DNA of 64,000 nt, taken from positions 224,001-288,000 of the forward strand of contig CBDCNP010000002.1 in assembly GCA_965219415.1 (NCBI GenBank). Reading direction: 5' to 3'. The stretch's first letter is position 1, and each line of letters begins with the position of its first letter. This DNA comes from Candidatus Marinacidobacterales bacterium. Its GTDB lineage: Bacteria; Acidobacteriota; Vicinamibacteria; Marinacidobacterales; DATDRI01. This document shows, piece after piece, positions 8,635 through 19,361 of the stretch. The translations under genes were made by a program, and so were the position numbers. The notes beneath the pieces are model-generated. The model searched no databases, had not been told where the DNA came from, and saw only the letters and a program-made list of their open reading frames with translations.

Positions 8635-10875
8635 GTGGTTTCCGATGCGAAACTCGGAGCGTTAATCCGTGGTACAATACCTACTCCACCTAAAAAGAGA
8701 AAGAGGTTTGCTCAGTTGGAGTTAGACTCCCTGGGACGTTACCAGATCCTCGCTGAAATCGGCCGGGGGACGGGCGGCGTGGTTTATCGCGCGCACGATC
8801 CCGTGATCGATCGTTCCGTAGCGGTCAAGATGATCCGCCTTCCGGATTCGATCTCGCCCAAGGACCGTAAAGCATTCCTGGATCGTTTCTTCCTCGAGGT
8901 TCGTGCCGCTGGCCGACTGAACCATCCCAATATCGTCGTCACCCATGATGCGGCGACCGACGAGCCCACTGGAATTCCCTTTATTGTGATGGAGCTCGTA
9001 GAGGGAGAGCCCCTCGACCGCAAACTATCCGTAAAGGGCAAGCTGCCTTGGAGGGAAGCTCTCGAGATTGTGACTGAGCTCGCGAAGGGACTCTCCCATG
9101 CGCACCGAGCCGATATTGTTCACCGCGACATCAAGCCGGCCAATGTACTCTTCTCGAGCCGGGGCGAGCCCAAGATCGCCGATTTCGGAATCGCCAAGAT
9201 GCCCTCCGCGCACCTGTTTCAGACCGGCGTCGTGATAGGCACGCCGCATTTCATGTCACCGGAGCAAATCCGCGGTGAGAGCGTAGATGGGCGGAGCGAT
9301 CTCTTTTCCCTCGGAGCCGTTTTCTACAATCTTCTCGTCGGGACTCGCCCGTTCGAAGGTCCGGACGCCGCCGCCAAATCCCATCAAATCCAGTACAAGA
9401 ATCCAGCTCCGCCTTCCGAGCGCGAACCCGAGATCCCGAGAACCCTGGACGGGGTCATGGGACGACTACTCGCGAAATCCGCAACCGAACGATACGCCTC
9501 TGGGATGGACTTGGTGGAGGATTTGCAGGCCGTCACGCGCGGCGAGGAACCACACCTCGCCATGAAGCCTGCGGAAAAAACGGCGGAGGCGGTCGCGAGT
9601 GGCATCACCAACGTAGGTCAGGAATCACCGCTTCTGCTCCTTTCCACCGAGCGCAGACCGCGGCCGCTGAGGCGACTGCTCGGGTGGCTAGCGCTGGTCG
9701 CGCTCCTGACCGGAGCCATGGTCTATAGCGCGGGGATAGATCTCACCGATGTCCGGCGAACGCTTCGACCTTATGTCGCGCCACTTTCAGAGATGGTAGC
9801 CACTGAGCTCGATGCGGTGGAAAACCGTCTTCAAGAGAAACAAGCCGAGTGGAGGCGAGCTAACCAACTCAGAAGCGAGGCCGACGCCTTACTCGAAACG
9901 GGGCACGCCCAGGCACAGCGTGGGCAATGGGACCAGGCGCAGGCCGCCTACGAGGACAGCCTCCAGCTTTACCGAGAGGCTCGTGAAGGAGTTGGAGAAG
10001 CCTCCGTCCTTCTCGCCCGAGGTAGACTCGCAGCCCTACAAGGCAAATGGTCGAGCGCGGTGACAGATCTCGAGGCTTCGGCCGACGTCTTTGGCATTTA
10101 CCGGAATCCGGACGGGAAGGCCCGAGCCCTTCTGGCTCACGGCGACTTGGCGCGCGACCGAGATGAGCTTGCAAAAGCCGAAGCACTCTACCGAGAAGCA
10201 CTCTTTATCGCGGATGGTCTCGACGACCGCGGCACCACCCTCGAGATCTTTTTCGCGACGTCGAAAGCCGACCTCTTCGGGCGCAGCTGGGAAGGAGCCG
10301 GGGAGGGGTTTGCGCGCGTCCATACCGAAGCGACCGCCGAGTCCCGATGGGAGCTAGCCGGGCGGGCGCTTCAATACCTCGGCGCAGTGGCGTTCGTCCT
10401 CGGTGATGGGGACGTTGCGGCGGCTCGATGGGAGGAGGCTCGTGAAACGTTCGACACGACAGGCTCCCAAGCCCGTTTGGCCGAGCTTGGTCTCTGGGAA
10501 GGCCGAGCGTTGTTGCTGCGCGGAGATGCGACGGCCGCAGAGAAAAAAATCAATGAGTCCGAACGCTACTATCGCGCCAGCCGAAACAAACCGGGACTCC
10601 TTGCCGCCGCCGAGGCGAGCTGGGAGCTCGCGACCATCGAGAAAGATCAGGAAGGCGCAGAGCGGCGGGGGAAAGAAATCGCCGATCTGAGGAAAGAACT
10701 GGGTCTCCCTCCGGGCCCGATGTTGCCCAACATCCGGGAACCAAGCAACCCCGCGAGCCGCATGACCCTACTGCTCCGGGCTGCGCCAATCACCGCGCTT
10801 CGCGAGGCCCGCCTCGACGCCTTTGAGGGCGAAATTCCGCCGGTGGCGGCACGTTCGACACCAGACCGCCCGTAG
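8635..10875 (+). CDS. Hanks-type Ser/Thr protein kinase with TM helix and C-terminal TPR repeats (start may be near 8717)
   Basis: IGRGTGGVVY, VAVK, HRDIKPANV, DFGIAK, GTPHFMSPE, DGRSDLFSLG; TM segment LLGWLALVALLTGAMV; Ala/Leu-rich TPR-like tail. Confidence 0.92.
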   Translation: MVSDAKLGALIRGTIPTPPKKRKRFAQLELDSLGRYQILAEIGRGTGGVVYRAHDPVIDRSVAVKMIRLPDSISPKDRKAFLDRFFLEVRAAGRLNHPNIVVTHDAATDEPTGIPFIVMELVEGEPLDRKLSVKGKLPWREALEIVTELAKGLSHAHRADIVHRDIKPANVLFSSRGEPKIADFGIAKMPSAHLFQTGVVIGTPHFMSPEQIRGESVDGRSDLFSLGAVFYNLLVGTRPFEGPDAAAKSHQIQYKNPAPPSEREPEIPRTLDGVMGRLLAKSATERYASGMDLVEDLQAVTRGEEPHLAMKPAEKTAEAVASGITNVGQESPLLLLSTERRPRPLRRLLGWLALVALLTGAMVYSAGIDLTDVRRTLRPYVAPLSEMVATELDAVENRLQEKQAEWRRANQLRSEADALLETGHAQAQRGQWDQAQAAYEDSLQLYREAREGVGEASVLLARGRLAALQGKWSSAVTDLEASADVFGIYRNPDGKARALLAHGDLARDRDELAKAEALYREALFIADGLDDRGTTLEIFFATSKADLFGRSWEGAGEGFARVHTEATAESRWELAGRALQYLGAVAFVLGDGDVAAARWEEARETFDTTGSQARLAELGLWEGRALLLRGDATAAEKKINESERYYRASRNKPGLLAAAEASWELATIEKDQEGAERRGKEIADLRKELGLPPGPMLPNIREPSNPASRMTLLLRAAPITALREARLDAFEGEIPPVAARSTPDRP

Positions 10876-10931
10876 CAAAACTCCCCGAATTTCTTTGCTA
10901 GAATGCTTCCACTCGCAGGAGGCACTGGCAC

Positions 10932-12505
10932 ATGCGGAAGTTTCTTCGATTGACGGGATTCCTTGCCGGACTCTTCTTACTGCTGGTCAGCCCGGCCGCC
11001 GACGCCGCGGAGGAGCGTGAAGTCGTCATCCTCTACACCAATGACTTCCACAGCGCCATCGACCCCATCCCTGCCTATTGGCTCGACGAACGGCCCATTC
11101 CGAAACTGGGCGGTGCGGCGGAGCTCATGACTTTCGTCGAGCAGATACGGGAGCGCGAGGCCAAAGCGGGAAACCCAGTCTTCCTCTTCGACACCGGTGA
11201 CATGTTCACCGGCATGCTTTCCAAGCTCACCCAGGGCGAAGCCCTCATGGAAATGATGCACACCATGGGTTACGACGCCCTCGGGATCGGAAATCACGAG
11301 TTCGACTACGGATGGGAGAACTTTCGGAAGCAGATGTTCCGTGTGCCCTTTCCGTGCCTCGGCGCGAACATTTTTTACAAGGGCACCGGAATCCCGTTCT
11401 CCCCTCCCCACACGATCCTGGAGCGAAACGGCGTCCGCATCGGTGTCATCGGGATCATCGGCCAAGACGCTAAGAGCGTTGTCCTTCCCTCTTTCGTAAC
11501 AGAGCTCGATTTCCAGGATCCGGCCCCTTACATTCAGCGTTCCATCGAAGAGCTCGAGCCCGACGTGGACCTCATCGTGGTCTTGGCCCACCAGGGCCAC
11601 ACCGGCCCCATGCAGACCGATGCCGAAGTGCAGCGGGACTTCGATGCCGACATCGAGCTCTGTGGAAGAGTCCCGGGTATCGACGTTTTCGTCGGAGGGC
11701 ATGCCCACCGTGGAATCGAAGTCCCCTACGTCCATCCCGACAACAAAAGCATCATCGTTCAGACCTACGGCTTTGGCACTCGCCTCGGATACCTGCGCGT
11801 GAAAGTGGACATGGATTCCGAAGAAGTCGTCGCTCACGAGGGCGAGCTCCTGAAGGTTTGGAGCAACGAGCTGACGCCCAACCCGGTGATGGTTGCGAAA
11901 ATGGATGCCTACAAGAAGAAGGTGGCACCCGTTATTGGCGAGGTCGTGGGGCACACACGGCGACACGGATCATCCGGAGCTACAACACTGAATCGCTGCT
12001 CGGTGCCTTTTCGACCGACATCATGCGTGAGCTCACCGGCACCGACGTCGCTTTCATGAACGCCGGTGGGTTGAGGGCGGATCTTCCCGAAGGTGCCATC
12101 ACTCTGGGTAACGTTCAAGACGCGTTCCCCTTCTACAACACCGTGGTGACACTAGAAATGACCGGCGCGCAGATTCGCGAAATCCTGGAGCAGGGCTTCA
12201 CGCTCTTGCGAGGGATGGTACAAGTTTCCGGACTGGTCGCCCACTACGATCTAAACCGGCCCGCCGGCCAAAGGCTACTCGACCTGAAGATTGGCGGTCA
12301 TCCGACCGAGGACGATCGGGTCTACCGTGTGTCGACCAACAACTTCCTCGCCGAGGGTGGCGATCTCTACCAGACCTTCACCCGCGCCGAGTGGGCGGAT
12401 GAAATCGAGAACGACCTCGCCGACGTGGTCGTGGATTACTTGAAGAAACAGTCGCGCCCAGTACAGGCGCCCGCGATGAACCGTTTGATCCCGGTTTCCA
12501 AATAG
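10932..12505 (+). CDS. Bifunctional metallophosphatase / 5'-nucleotidase (UshA-like), frameshift near 11950
   Basis: YTNDFHS, DTGD, GNHEFD, GGHAH. The C-terminal domain (NAGGLRADL, FPFYN, QVSGL, NNFLAEGGD) is in ORF 11858-12505. Confidence 0.9.
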
Positions 12506-12521
12506 GCTCGTTCGGGGCAAT

Positions 12522-13430
12522 TCAAAAGTCGAGCCCGAGTCCAGTCAGGAAAATAAGCTCGTTCTTCTTGGCCCCCACAGGTGGACTATTGTCGAAAGCA
12601 TCCCTCACACCCACTCGAAAACTGAAAGAATCGACCAGCTTGGTCCTGAAGGCCGCATCGAACCGCAGCTTGTATCGTTCCGCCTCCGTCAGGTCCTGGA
12701 GGTAGCCGAAGTTCTGCTCGATCTCCAGATTTGGAGTGAGTTGATATTTGAAGTGCTGTTCGGCTTGGGCCGAGGCATGGCGGAACCTGGCGCCATCGGT
12801 GTAGTCCTCCAAGGTATAACCCGGACCTCCGCTAACCCATAGCTTGCTCCGATCAGAATCGAGCACCTGATAGCCGGCCCCAACGCCAAACACCGCTCGA
12901 GCGTCTATCAATTCCACTTCGTTGGTTTCGAAGTCACCTGAACCGTACACGAAAAACCTATCGGTCTGAAATCGCTCCAGTCGCGCCCCGCCAACTAACT
13001 GATTGCTCGCAAGGACACTGTCCGTCTCGGAGTAGAGGTAGCCGGCTCGAAGGTCCAATCGATGCCGATCGGTCTTGCGTTCCGCCCTCACACTTAGCGC
13101 CAGCGTTCCGGTATCCGCGGTTCCCCGTTTCCCGGTAAATGCTGCATCGGCGTTCCCGGTCCACTGGACCGGCGGAGTCGGCGGCTCGGGCTCTGGCAGC
13201 ATGCCGGCTACGGTTCCAATTGTGGTTTCACCGAGGTTCAAGCGAGAGATCTCTTCCATGGACAGAACCAATGACTCTCCTGCCGAGGTCTTGAACTCAA
13301 CTGCTTCACGGTTCCAGGAGACCAATTCCCCGACGAGACGGGTCCCATCTTTCCCTACGAGCTCGTCGACTGGCGCGGGACTCTGAGCAACTTCCTGCAC
13401 GAGAACGAGCAGCAGTAGCATCACTTTCAC
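12522..13430 (-). CDS. DUF481 / YdiY-like outer-membrane beta-barrel protein
   Basis: Signal peptide, WTGNADAAFTGKRG, amphipathic strands, GVGAGY, C-terminal aromatic residue (GLGLDF). Confidence 0.75.
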   Translation of the reverse strand: MKVMLLLLVLVQEVAQSPAPVDELVGKDGTRLVGELVSWNREAVEFKTSAGESLVLSMEEISRLNLGETTIGTVAGMLPEPEPPTPPVQWTGNADAAFTGKRGTADTGTLALSVRAERKTDRHRLDLRAGYLYSETDSVLASNQLVGGARLERFQTDRFFVYGSGDFETNEVELIDARAVFGVGAGYQVLDSDRSKLWVSGGPGYTLEDYTDGARFRHASAQAEQHFKYQLTPNLEIEQNFGYLQDLTEAERYKLRFDAAFRTKLVDSFSFRVGVRDAFDNSPPVGAKKNELIFLTGLGLDF

Positions 13431-13557
13431 CGAATTATCCCTCCGTAAACTCTTCTATTTGCAATTGATGTCTATGAAGTTTGTGCCATGTCTATACTAA
13501 CCTCTAATCAGCGTTTCCCGGTCATCGCGTTATAATCTCCATAAGAAAGGAGCCTCA

Positions 13558-14392
13558 ATGACGTTTCACTTCGGCTGCGCCCTGACCGTCCTTCTGACTC
13601 TCGCGGATCGTTCGGCGGACGCACCAGAGAACGAACTGTCCGCGCAGGACATCGTCGACCGGGCGATCGAGCGGGCCGAGTGGATAGACAAGGAGAATTT
13701 CGAGGCTCGCTTCAGCTTCAGGATGCTCAATGAGTCAGAGAGGCTGGACAAGAAGGGCCAAGTCGAGGAGCGCGAGGAACGCGTTTACGAGAACCAACCC
13801 ATCGACGGCGCCGCCTACATGCGCCTGGTCGAGAAAGACGGGCAACCTTTGACCGAAAAAGACCTAAAGAAGGAACGCAAACGGGAGGAGAAATATCGGA
13901 AACGGCTCGCCGACAAATCCAAACCCGACGATGAAGACCGCGTTGCGTTCGACAGAGGACCTTGTGAGCCGATACAACGTCCACCGCCAAGGAATGGAGG
14001 ACATCCGCGGCCGCCCAGCTTACGTCATTTCCTTCGAGCCCAAGAGCGGTCCGCTTCCGGCCAAGAAACGAATGGACTATGCCCTCAATAAATCCGCCGG
14101 GCGCCTGTGGATCGATACCGAGACCTACGAGATCGCCCAGTTAGAGTTCGGGCTACTCGACAGGATCAAGTTATGGTGGGGATTCATCGGTTCCATCAAG
14201 TAAATGCGTGGCCGCCTACGGCGAGAGCCGGTGGATGGACATCAAGGCGTTTGGCTCCCACGTCGTTTCGCTATCTACATGAACGGGCGAATTCTCTTCA
14301 AGACCCTCCATCGGAACGAGAAGATGGAGTGGAGTGGCTTCCGCAAGCTCCCGGAGCGAGCTCAGCAAGCGGCCGTGACCGGCGATCCGTAG
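13558..14392 (+). pseudogene. Exported hypothetical protein (possibly LolA/MucB-like fold) with a frameshift near 13955 and an in-frame TAA at 14201
   Basis: RBS aaggag; three consecutive ORF pieces; GRPAYVISFEPK...GRLWIDTETYEI motif; GSIK*MRG continues in the same frame. Confidence 0.6.
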
Positions 14393-14700
14393 GCACTTCC
14401 CGGCCCCTCAGGCCTCCCGATACACATCCTCGTTCTTACCGATGCCTTGCAAAGTCTGCCGATAGCACTTCTTGCCAGCGACGAAGATCCCTTGCGCCTT
14501 CTCCAGTTGCACGTTGCCACTCGTCAACTCATGAGACTCTTCCCACTCAAGAGGCGTGTCGGACACATCGTTCCCCCTCGATTTATCCGCGCGTGAATTG
14601 TCTCGGTTTCTTTCAGGATACCGGAGTATTCCGAATCTCGTAAACTGGCTACGCTCCTGCCCTGGTGCTAGGATGCGTCGGAGGGAACGGGAGGACGTGC

Positions 14701-15639
14701 TTGGAAGAAACGAAACGACAAGAGTATCTCTCAACCCTTGAAGAAACTGCGTCCCAGCTCAAAGGGGCACTCGCCGGCGTTCCCAAGAAGCTCCAACAAT
14801 GGAACCCGGCTCCCGGGAAATGGTCCATACAGCAGATCATCTGTCACATGCGGGACATGGAGAAGGAGGCGTACTTCACGCGGTACAAACGCATTCTGGA
14901 AGAAGACAACCCTTCCCTGCCCGATCTCGACGGGGACACCTTGGCGCTCGAACGTGGTTACCAGGACCTCAAGCTCGGCGAAGTCCAGCGTGATTGGAAA
15001 CGCGCTCGCAAGGAAAGCATCAAGCTTCTCAAGAGGGTCAAGGGCGCTCAGTGGCGATGCGTCGGCACCCACGAAACCGACGGCCCCTTGACCATGGAAG
15101 AGCTCTTACATCGTCACGCGGTCGGAAACGACCGGGCTCACCTCAACCAGATTCAGGCTATCAAACGGCGGTGGAACATTCTGTCGGAGCTCGAGGGTAC
15201 GCCCGCCGAGCTCGTAGCCTTGACGCGCGATCTCTCTGAAGACGCCTTGAGGCGAACGCCCGGCTCCGGAGAGTGGTCGATCATCGAGACCGCGTGCCAC
15301 ATTCGCGATGTCGAGCAGTTCTATGCTGAGAGGCTCACCAAGATCGCCCGTCTCGACCATCCGCGTTTTTGGGCCATGAACAGCGAGCGCCTTGCCACGG
15401 CGAGACGCTATCGAGAGGCAGACCTCAAGTCCGTGGTAAAAGAGTTCCGGCAACGTCGTCGCGACACGCTGACGCTGCTCAGGGCGCTTCCGCACCCGAT
15501 CTGGCAGCGAACCGGAATCCACCCCGAGCGGGGCGAAATGACCATCGAACAGCTAGCGACTCGGTTGGGCCAGCACGACCAACGGCATCTTGGCGAGATC
15601 CGGAACTTAAAGGGAACGGTGCCCCCACCCGGCGTCTGA
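14701..15639 (+). CDS. DinB/YfiT-family protein with two tandem domains
   Basis: Two repeats: PGKWSIQQIICHMRD...HLNQI and GEWSIIETACHIRD...HDQRHLGEI. ggagg RBS precedes TTG 14701. Confidence 0.85.
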   Translation: MEETKRQEYLSTLEETASQLKGALAGVPKKLQQWNPAPGKWSIQQIICHMRDMEKEAYFTRYKRILEEDNPSLPDLDGDTLALERGYQDLKLGEVQRDWKRARKESIKLLKRVKGAQWRCVGTHETDGPLTMEELLHRHAVGNDRAHLNQIQAIKRRWNILSELEGTPAELVALTRDLSEDALRRTPGSGEWSIIETACHIRDVEQFYAERLTKIARLDHPRFWAMNSERLATARRYREADLKSVVKEFRQRRRDTLTLLRALPHPIWQRTGIHPERGEMTIEQLATRLGQHDQRHLGEIRNLKGTVPPPGV

Positions 15640-15700
15640 CGCGTTAGATACCCGCACGACAGGTCTTGACGCCCTGGGTCCTCCCAGAGGGGAAAGGGGT
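15622..15700. repeat. REP-like palindromic element, copy A
   Basis: cccccacccggcgtctga...ttgacgcc...ctcccagaggggaaagggg; colinear with the element at 54566-54731; lies between convergent genes. Confidence 0.7.
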
Positions 15701-15721
15701 TAAAGGACGAAGAAACCAGCT

Positions 15722-16831
15722 TCAACGGTTATCCACTTCGAACAACTTCAGGAAATCTTCGGCGGCTGCCGGAGATACTTTTGCAACCGCTAGGTTCTCG
15801 TCCACATGAGCCTGCCTCTTCATACCAACGAGCGCCGTCGTGAGTCCCGGCGTCGAGCGAGCGAATTGGAGCGACCGCTGGGTGTCGGTCGTAAAGCCTT
15901 TGAAGAGTTTCCCCAGCCAATCCGGCAGTCCTGTCGTCAACCGCCCCTGACCGATCGACGCGCTCGACATCACGGTGACGCCCAACTCCTCGGCTGCCGA
16001 TAGGGCAGAGACCACCTTGCCGTTCAGTGGCTGATTTTGCTGCGTTAGGGCCTCGGTCATTGCCAGACTATAAGGTAGTTGGACGAAACGGCAGTGGTGC
16101 TCTTCCCCTCCCACTTCCTTGGCTAAGGAGATGACCGTTTCGAGTGACAGGAAGTCTTTGGCCTGGGGCGACTGCCTATACCCTCCCCAAGTTGCGGTGC
16201 CGTAGTATTGGATCCTTCCATCGGACGTCGCCTTCTCCAAGAACTCGAATACCGCCCGCAGCCGCCGGCATAGCTCCTCGCTCGAGACCTCGGCAAGCTG
16301 CATCTCAGGGTTGTGAACGTAATAGATGTCGATGGTCTCCACCCCGAGGTTGGCGAGACTACGCTCGAGTTGGTTCTCGAGGAAGCTAGGTGTGATGACC
16401 TGGCACTCGCTCACGACCTCCTCCGGGCGCACAACTCCGGGCCCGAAGTAGGTTTTCTCGAGATAGTCCGCGACATCCGGAGGCGACTCGTTTTCGAAGG
16501 GGATGAACCCTCCCTTCGTCGCCACGACCACCTGCCCTCGCGTGATGTTCTGCTCGGCAAGCTCGCGTAGCGCATCGCGAATGTTACGTTCACTCCGCTG
16601 ACAGCGATAGTTGATGGCCGTATCGAGGACGTTGCAGCCCGATTGGACCGCCCGGACCACCGCACTACGATATAGCTCGTCGGTGGTATCGTCGTTTCGT
16701 CCCAGGTAGGTGCCTAGACCGATCGAAGAGAGCCAAAGGCCCTGCGCCTGTCGAAAGTGGCCTTCCGCGACTCCTTCGCGCACCCGCGCGTCGACGTAGG
16801 TCTTGGTCTCCTGGATAGTGGCTCCCGCCAT
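15722..16831 (-). CDS. Aldo/keto reductase
   Basis: LSSIGLGTYLG, DTAINY, SE, VVATKGG, IDIYYVHNPE, QLPY, ALVGM motifs. Confidence 0.9.
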   Translation of the reverse strand: MAGATIQETKTYVDARVREGVAEGHFRQAQGLWLSSIGLGTYLGRNDDTTDELYRSAVVRAVQSGCNVLDTAINYRCQRSERNIRDALRELAEQNITRGQVVVATKGGFIPFENESPPDVADYLEKTYFGPGVVRPEEVVSECQVITPSFLENQLERSLANLGVETIDIYYVHNPEMQLAEVSSEELCRRLRAVFEFLEKATSDGRIQYYGTATWGGYRQSPQAKDFLSLETVISLAKEVGGEEHHCRFVQLPYSLAMTEALTQQNQPLNGKVVSALSAAEELGVTVMSSASIGQGRLTTGLPDWLGKLFKGFTTDTQRSLQFARSTPGLTTALVGMKRQAHVDENLAVAKVSPAAAEDFLKLFEVDNR

Positions 16832-16907
16832 GCCCCCTCCTTGAGTGTCCGTGAGGCCTTGATGATACCTCTCCCGCCACCCCAGACAAACCCATGTGTG
16901 ACTCCCC

Positions 16908-16936
16908 TTGACATTCTACAGGGAGCACCCTATACT
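16908..16936 (+). promoter_or_regulatory. Sigma70-type promoter
   Basis: TTGACA (16908-16913), 17-bp spacer, TATACT (16931-16936), about 65 nt upstream of the YHS gene. Confidence 0.75.
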
Positions 16937-17001
16937 CCTGTCGACGGTCTAGAGGAATGAAAGGCCTCCTCGGACGAAAAAGGAGACAAAAGTCATGACA
17001 T

Positions 17002-18084
17002 ATGCACGTTTGGTCCTACCCCCTGTTGTTGGTGGGTTTTCTCGGCTCCGCCTCCGCAGGCGGTCCCGAAGCGATGGAAGCCCTCGCGGGATTCGATCCG
17101 GTCCTCCTCACGGGGGGAAAAGAGGTTCTCGGTAAACAAGAGATTTCGGTCACTCGGGAAGGATTGCGGTATCACTTTACCAACGCGGAGAACAAGGCAA
17201 CCTTCCTCGGAGACCCGGAACGCTACGGCGTCCAGATGGGTGGGCTCTGCGCACGCCTTGGAGAGAGCGTACCCGGCGATCCTGACATGTACACCGTTCA
17301 CGCCGGTCGGATCTATCTGCTCGCCAGCGAAGAATGCCGCGAGCTCTTCGACGCGACGCCGTCCAAGTACATCGAGCCCGAAGTCCCTAAGCCCCTCCGT
17401 ACCTCCGAGAGCGCCAAGAAGGGCCATCAACTCATTCAAAGCGTGGTCAAGGCCGCTGGAGGCGCGCACGCGATCGACTCCCTCGAAAGTTACCAGGTAG
17501 TGGGTGTCGTAGCCAACGAGTCCGGGGATCGACGCATCAAAACGACTTTCACGTTCCTCTTCCCCGATCATCTCCGCCACCAAAGGGATATTCCCAACTA
17601 CGGATCGATCGCGACCATTGCCGTGGCCGACGACGCCTTCGAGGTTCGCCCGACCGAAGTTCGAGCTTTCAGCAACGCCCAGCGTGTCAATTTCCTAAGG
17701 ATGATGACGCGCAACCTGCTCAGCTCTTTGCGAGCTCGTAACGAAGCTGAGTACAGCGCCGTGTACACCGGCTCGGGCCAAATCAACGGAGTGGATGTTG
17801 AGAGGGTCGCGGTAGATTTCGGCGGGCAGCGCCTAACGTTGAGCATCGAACCAAGCAGCGGCCGAGTCTTGACGCTCGCTTACGTAGGCCGCGGCCCCGA
17901 CGGCGATTATGGGTGGGTAGTCCAGACGTTGTCCGACTATAGGACCGTCAGCGGAGTCACTCTCCCCTTCAAAACGAGCACGACGTTCAACGACCAGCCG
18001 GTGCCTCGAATGTCATTCACTGCGGAGTCGATCACGCTCAACGGGAGAATCTCCACAGAGATTTTCGAGAGACCAACCGATTGA
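17002..18084 (+). CDS. Exported YHS-domain protein with a C-terminal beta-rich domain
   Basis: ALAGFDPV...YHFTNAENKATFLGDPERYGVQMGGLCA and a second GRIYLLASEECRELFDATPSKY repeat; signal peptide. Confidence 0.75.
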   Translation: MHVWSYPLLLVGFLGSASAGGPEAMEALAGFDPVLLTGGKEVLGKQEISVTREGLRYHFTNAENKATFLGDPERYGVQMGGLCARLGESVPGDPDMYTVHAGRIYLLASEECRELFDATPSKYIEPEVPKPLRTSESAKKGHQLIQSVVKAAGGAHAIDSLESYQVVGVVANESGDRRIKTTFTFLFPDHLRHQRDIPNYGSIATIAVADDAFEVRPTEVRAFSNAQRVNFLRMMTRNLLSSLRARNEAEYSAVYTGSGQINGVDVERVAVDFGGQRLTLSIEPSSGRVLTLAYVGRGPDGDYGWVVQTLSDYRTVSGVTLPFKTSTTFNDQPVPRMSFTAESITLNGRISTEIFERPTD

Positions 18085-18091
18085 GGAACAG

Positions 18092-19243
18092 CTAGATCAC
18101 GTTGTGCTCGGGAATGGACGGTTGCCCCTGGAATCTCTGGATCGAGTAAGGAGTGAGATCGACGCTCCGAGCCTCACCGTCGACTATGAGCTCCGCAATC
18201 GACAGCCCGACAGCCGGAGCGTGCATCATGCCATGGCCGCTGAACCCGTTCGCGCAGAAGAAATTCTCGAGCTCAGGAACATGGCCGAGGATAGCGTTGT
18301 GATCGGGTGAAACCTCGTAGAGACCGGCCCAGCCCGTTTTGATCTCCGCTTCCGAGAGGGCGGGTACGCGGTGAGTCGCGTGCTCGCTCACGGTGGCGAG
18401 CCAATCCCAATCCACTCGTTGGTTGAAGCCGGGTGGTTCGTTCTGATCCGACTCCCCCAACAACATGCCTCCGCTTTCCTTGTGCATGTACACACCAGTT
18501 CCCCAGTCGATGAGCATCGGGAATCCGTCTGGCACCCAAGACAACGGTGCGGTCACGAAGACCATCCGACGGTAGGGTTCGACCGGAATCTCAATCCCCG
18601 CCATCTCTCCGACCCTCGCTGCCCAGGGCCCCGCTGCATTGACCACCGTTCCCACATCCCAGCGGTCCCCATTCACGATCAAACCCTGCACGCGATTCGA
18701 TGCGATATCCATCGCGGTTATCTCGACCGAAGTTTCGAACGACGCCCCCAGCTCTTTGGCTTTCTTGACGTAGCCCTGAACGACGGCGGCAGGGCTCGCA
18801 ATACCGTCTTCGGCACCGAAGGTCGCGCCAACGAGATCTTCGGTCTCCATCTCCGGAACCACGCGTTTGGCCTCCTCGACCGTCAGAACCTCAACCGGAA
18901 CACCTAGGGCCTGCTGCATGGCAGCGTTTGCACGAAAAGTCTCGAGCTGGCTCTCATCGGAAAGCACGAACAGATAGCCATTCTGTCTAAAATCGACGGG
19001 TACACCGATCTCTTCCTCGAATCGCTTCAAAGCGGCGATGCTGAGCTTGGACATCGCCACGTTGGCGGCGGTTGTGAACTGAAGCCTGACGCCGCCCGCG
19101 CACTTGGCAGTCGCACCGGTGCCTAGGCTCTCTTCGCGCTCGAAGACCACGACGTTTTTGCAACCCCGCGCGGCGAGATGATAGGCGACGGAAGCCCCCA
19201 TGATGCCCCCTCCCACGATGGCGACCTCGGCGATTCGTTTCAA
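18092..19243 (-). CDS. FAD-dependent oxidoreductase (DAO / sarcosine oxidase beta family)
   Basis: IVGGGIMGASVAYHLA, VVNAAGPWA, GWAGLYEVSPDHNAILG, GFSGHGMMHAP. Confidence 0.9.
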   Translation of the reverse strand: MKRIAEVAIVGGGIMGASVAYHLAARGCKNVVVFEREESLGTGATAKCAGGVRLQFTTAANVAMSKLSIAALKRFEEEIGVPVDFRQNGYLFVLSDESQLETFRANAAMQQALGVPVEVLTVEEAKRVVPEMETEDLVGATFGAEDGIASPAAVVQGYVKKAKELGASFETSVEITAMDIASNRVQGLIVNGDRWDVGTVVNAAGPWAARVGEMAGIEIPVEPYRRMVFVTAPLSWVPDGFPMLIDWGTGVYMHKESGGMLLGESDQNEPPGFNQRVDWDWLATVSEHATHRVPALSEAEIKTGWAGLYEVSPDHNAILGHVPELENFFCANGFSGHGMMHAPAVGLSIAELIVDGEARSVDLTPYSIQRFQGQPSIPEHNVI

Positions 19244-19302
19244 GGTTGCTAAGGGTACGAGGAATCGAGAACTGGCGCAATTGCCTCCAGCGACGCCCGC
19301 GG

Positions 19303-19332
19303 TTGACAGGGTGCGCGACTCAACCGTAGGGT
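19303..19332 (+). promoter_or_regulatory. Possible sigma70 promoter of the KirBac gene
   Basis: TTGACA at 19303, 18-bp spacer, weak -10 TAGGGT; RBS aggagg downstream. Confidence 0.35.
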
Positions 19333-19361
19333 CCTTTCAACCAAGCAGGAGGTAGGAACGT

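Noticed and set aside
14408-14566. Small minus-strand ORF (VSDTPLEWEES...) with a purine-rich upstream run
   Set aside because: About 52 codons with no recognisable motif; it cannot be supported without a homology search.
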